Origin: the human T2T-CHM13v2.0 reference genome, Homo sapiens
Length of the DNA: 64,000 nt
Strand: one strand, 5' to 3'
NCBI RefSeq assembly: GCF_009914755.1
Contig: NC_060939.1
Position 1 is the first letter of the stretch; every line of letters starts with the position of its first letter. The position numbers were made by a program, and so were the translations under genes. Positions 58,613 through 64,000 of this stretch are shown here, in pieces. Below the pieces are notes generated by a model. The model saw only the letters and a list, made by a program, of their open reading frames with translations, was not told the origin of the DNA and made no database searches.

Positions 58613-58924
58613 GTTGGGTGTGGTGGCTCACACCTATAATCCCAGCACTTTGGGAGGCCAAGAAGGGAGGATAACTTGATAAGCCCAGGAGTTTGGGACC
58701 AGCCTGGGCAACATAGCAAGACCTCATCTCTACAAAAATAAAAATAAAAATCAGCCAGGTGTGGTAGCGTGCACCTGTGGTCCCAGCTACTTGGGAGGCT
58801 GAGGCGGGGGGATCAGTCGAGCCCAGGAGTTCAAGGCTGTAGTAAGCTATGATGACACCACTGCACTACAGCTGGGATCACAGAGACTCTGCCTCAAAAA
58901 ACAAATAAATAAATAAATAAATAA
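58613..58924 (+). mobile_element. Alu (AluJ-like)
   Basis: Dimer with (AAAT)n tail. Confidence 0.9.
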
Positions 58925-59310
58925 AGCTCTCACAATTGTCTGATGAGTAAGAAAAGAGACTGGTCACAGTTCTGTCCTTTGAAGTACCTGACAAAGAGTC
59001 ACAGTCCAAAGGCAGGGGGTTGGATCTAAGGGTCACATGTGCTTTCTGGAATTCCTAGGTCAGATCACAGCCGGGCCAGCTGAGTTGGAGAGCTGGGGGC
59101 CAACTCTGTGGCGGCTCTGGCTGTGGAAGGGGACAGGCTGCCTCTGGTAGGCTCCTGAAGAGACTGTGAGTGCAGCCTTGAGTGGAACACGGGCCATGTG
59201 AGGTGATGGAAGGTTTACTAGCCATGTGACCTTGGGCAAGGAGTCACTTTGTCACTTGGAATTCAGTTTCCTCATCTGTAAAATGGGGGGAAGTTCAAAA
59301 TGACAGCTTC

Positions 59311-59684
59311 TCTTATGGACCCAATGCTTGAGACCTCCCTAAATTCATACGTTGAAACCCTACCCCTAATGTGATGGTCTTAGGAGGCGGGGGGGCGGGT
59401 GTTGAGAGGTAACTAGGATTAGGTGAGGGCGTGAGGATGAAATCTTTATGAATGGGATCCAGGTCTTTACAAGAGTCCTCAGAGAGCTCACCTCCTCTCC
59501 CCACCTGTGAAGACACAGGGAGAAGACTGTGGTCTATGAACCAGGAAGCAGGCCCTCACCAGACACCAAATCTGCCAGTGCCTTAATCTTGGACTTTCTA
59601 GCCTCCAGAACTGTGAGAAGTAAAGGTTTGTTGTTTAAGCCACCCAGTTTGTGGTATTTTGTTATAGCAGCCTGAGCTAAGACA
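59311..59684 (+). mobile_element. MaLR solo LTR (MLT1A-like)
   Basis: GGACTTTCTAGCCTCCAGAACTGTGAGAA...GTTATAGCAGCCTGAGCTAAGACA; 5-bp TSD GCTTC. Confidence 0.88.
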
Positions 59685-59697
59685 GCTTCTAAGATGA

Positions 59698-60033
<336 letters not shown>

Positions 60034-60564
60034 TGAGGAGGGGGGCTTCTCGGTCTGAGGGAGACTGGGGAAAGCCTGCTGAACCCCTACCCCTGGCCAG
60101 CAGAAAGCCCTGAGTGTGCTCATGGGACCGCCCTAAACCACGAAGCTCAGCCCAGCCTGTGGGGAATGCTCCACATTCTCAAGATACAAAATCATAAGCA
60201 CCGCTCATGCAGTAAATTAAAATCTTACTGATATCATTATGGGGATTGTGTTACATTTATAGATCAATTTAGGAGAAACTGATACTTTTAAAATATCAAG
60301 GCTTTTTGCCACTTCCCAACAGAATGGCTATTTATTAAACAATTATTTTATAAACCTTGAAATCATTTTAAAGTTTGCTTCACATAGATCTTGTATATTT
60401 AAGTTTATTTCTATGTAGTTTATGGTTCTAGTTCATACTGTAAAGGATCTCTTCTTCAAATATATATTCCACATGACTTTTTTGTATATAGGTGACTGAG
60501 TTTTGTGTGATTTCATATTTTAATAGTTTATGTTTTCACATGCGTTTCTCAGATGTTCAAAATT

Positions 60565-60895
<331 letters not shown>

Positions 60896-60952
60896 TAAAT
60901 GATAAATTTGCCTCCTCAAAAACAAAACAAAGCACAAGCACAGGGGTGCATT

Positions 60953-61110
60953 CACACACACACACACACCCTCTCTCCACACATGTACACTCAATCACAC
61001 ACACTCTGACACTACCACACTCATGCACATTTGCCCTCTCTCCACACATTTACATACTCACAATATCTCTCTCTCACACACACACACTCTCTATTTCCCA
61101 CACACACACA
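60953..61110. repeat. Degenerate (CA)/(CT)-rich tract
   Basis: Direct reading. Confidence 0.85.
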
Positions 61111-61306
61111 AATGGATGCTGATGTGGTTGGCCAGAGCAGGGCCATGAAGCCAGCTGGCCTTCCTTTCACCAGGAGACAAGAGTGGATGCTCTAAGCAGG
61201 TCCCAGTTTTCTCTCCCAATTTCCTGAAACCCTGTCCAGCAAGAAAGGCTTCTAGGGAAGTGCTGAAGGTGGAGAAAATAGAATCTGGACTTTAAAACAG
61301 CCTTAC

Positions 61307-61446
61307 CTCTGCGTCAAGGCAATCTTCAGCTTGTCATTCTCAGACTTCAGGTGTGTGTTGGCTGGACCGGCGTGAGAGGCCTTTTCATCGTCCGTCCCGT
61401 TGACACTGGATGCCTGAGTAGAAGATGGGGTTTCACGCCCAGATTC
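61307..61446 (-). CDS. HOMER2: HOMER2 coding exon with alternative acceptors (61446 long, 61413 short)
   Basis: GGCCAG|GAA ([11 protein letters not shown]) or ACTCAG|GCA; [35 protein letters not shown]; AG|GTAAGG; phase 2 matches the next exon. Confidence 0.93.
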
Positions 61447-62244
61447 CTGGCCAAAGTGAATTATCTTCACACGTTATTGCTTGTCTGCACATCGGCAGCA
61501 AGTTAGGCATAATAAGAAACTTTACGAGTGTGGACGAACCAACTCATCCAACCAGAATGCAGCAAAGACTAACAAGTTTTTGTTTTTTTTTTTAAACAAA
61601 CAAACAAACAAAAAAGAAAACAAAACCTAACAAAGACTATCATGACCAAAGAAAAAGGCACTGAAGAGACCATGTGGAGTTCATAAAGTCTGTGTGCTTT
61701 ACTGACAAGGGAACACCTGGGCCAGTGCTCAGAGCCTTTTTACTTACGCCTTATGGAGAAACCCACCAAACTTGGGAGACCTGGTCTCCTGAAATACCAC
61801 AGGGCAGAAGCCACAAGGGAGGAGGGACTCTTAGAAACAAGGAATGAAAAAGCACATATTAGAAAAGGAGACAACTTAAATATCTTGGGGCTATGGAGAG
61901 TTAGATCAACACATTCATTAAAGAGACAAGAACCAGGTCCTGTTGTTTGCCCACTCCCTTACTACTTAGTGCTGTTATGAATATGTTCAAGTGTTTTCCG
62001 TAAGTCATACCACGTAGAGGTGAAATCTCATCTGGTGCTAGATAAGACCTTAGAAAGATCTTATTTAGCCTCAAATAAGTACATGGGCAAAGGAAGAAAC
62101 TAGAAGAGAATGGTGTATAAATCCAAGTTTCAATTTCTGAATTTCAAAAAAAACACCATAAACAAAATTAAAATGAGACAAAAACCCGGGGGGTGGGGAG
62201 GGGATGGGAATATATACAGCAGTACATATGAAAAACAAAATGTC

Positions 62245-62537
<293 letters not shown>

Positions 62538-62836
62538 TATTAGTATCTTTCCTATATTGACAAGCTCTTAGAGTCCTCATCTTTTAGAGCTACATGCTGA
62601 AATATTTACGGATGAAATGAAACATCTGGCATTTGCTTTAAAATATGGTGGGGGGGAGCAAATGAGTAGGTGCACAGATTAAACAATTGGTCATAATTTC
62701 CTAACTGTTAAAGCTGACCTATGGGTACAGGAAGGTCCATTATACAATTATGCCTAGATTTGCATATGTTCACATTTTTTTGTGTTTAAAAATAAAGCTC
62801 TTGAAAATCAATACAAAAGATTAACACCTTAACTTA

Positions 62837-63880
<1,044 letters not shown>

Positions 63881-64000
63881 CAAAACAGCCCCACATTTTA
63901 AGTGTTTTTGTAATTAGGCTGCTTAAAAATCCAACTATTTTGAAAACTTAATCAAAGTGTTCATACTCTAAGAGATTCAGGAAACCAAGTAATTGTGTGA

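Overview
Human (primate) genomic DNA that I recognise as the FSD2-WHAMM-HOMER2 region of 15q25.2. It holds the complete WHAMM gene on + (10 coding exons, 12018-35829). The exons splice in frame with GT-AG junctions to 2430 nt, i.e. 809 aa plus stop, from a CpG-island promoter. The last five coding exons and 3'UTR of HOMER2 lie on - (61446-51995), convergent with WHAMM. A probable non-coding first exon and muscle-type promoter of FSD2 lie on - near 8.3 kb, divergent from WHAMM. The rest is about 35 Alus, MaLR/ERV solo LTRs, old L1/L2/MIR/MER5 fragments and microsatellites. Most track ORFs are Alu-derived or GC-rich artefacts. I see no prokaryotic-type system and no clearly new intact gene. The most unexpected signal is a possible decayed multi-exon gene on - at 4944-2354 inside the presumed FSD2 intron 1. 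It has a Kozak ATG, a signal-peptide-like exon, phase-compatible splice sites, an 11-nt micro-exon and a terminal AATAAA, but it is speculative and needs comparative genomics. Repeat subfamily calls and boundaries were made by eye and are approximate.
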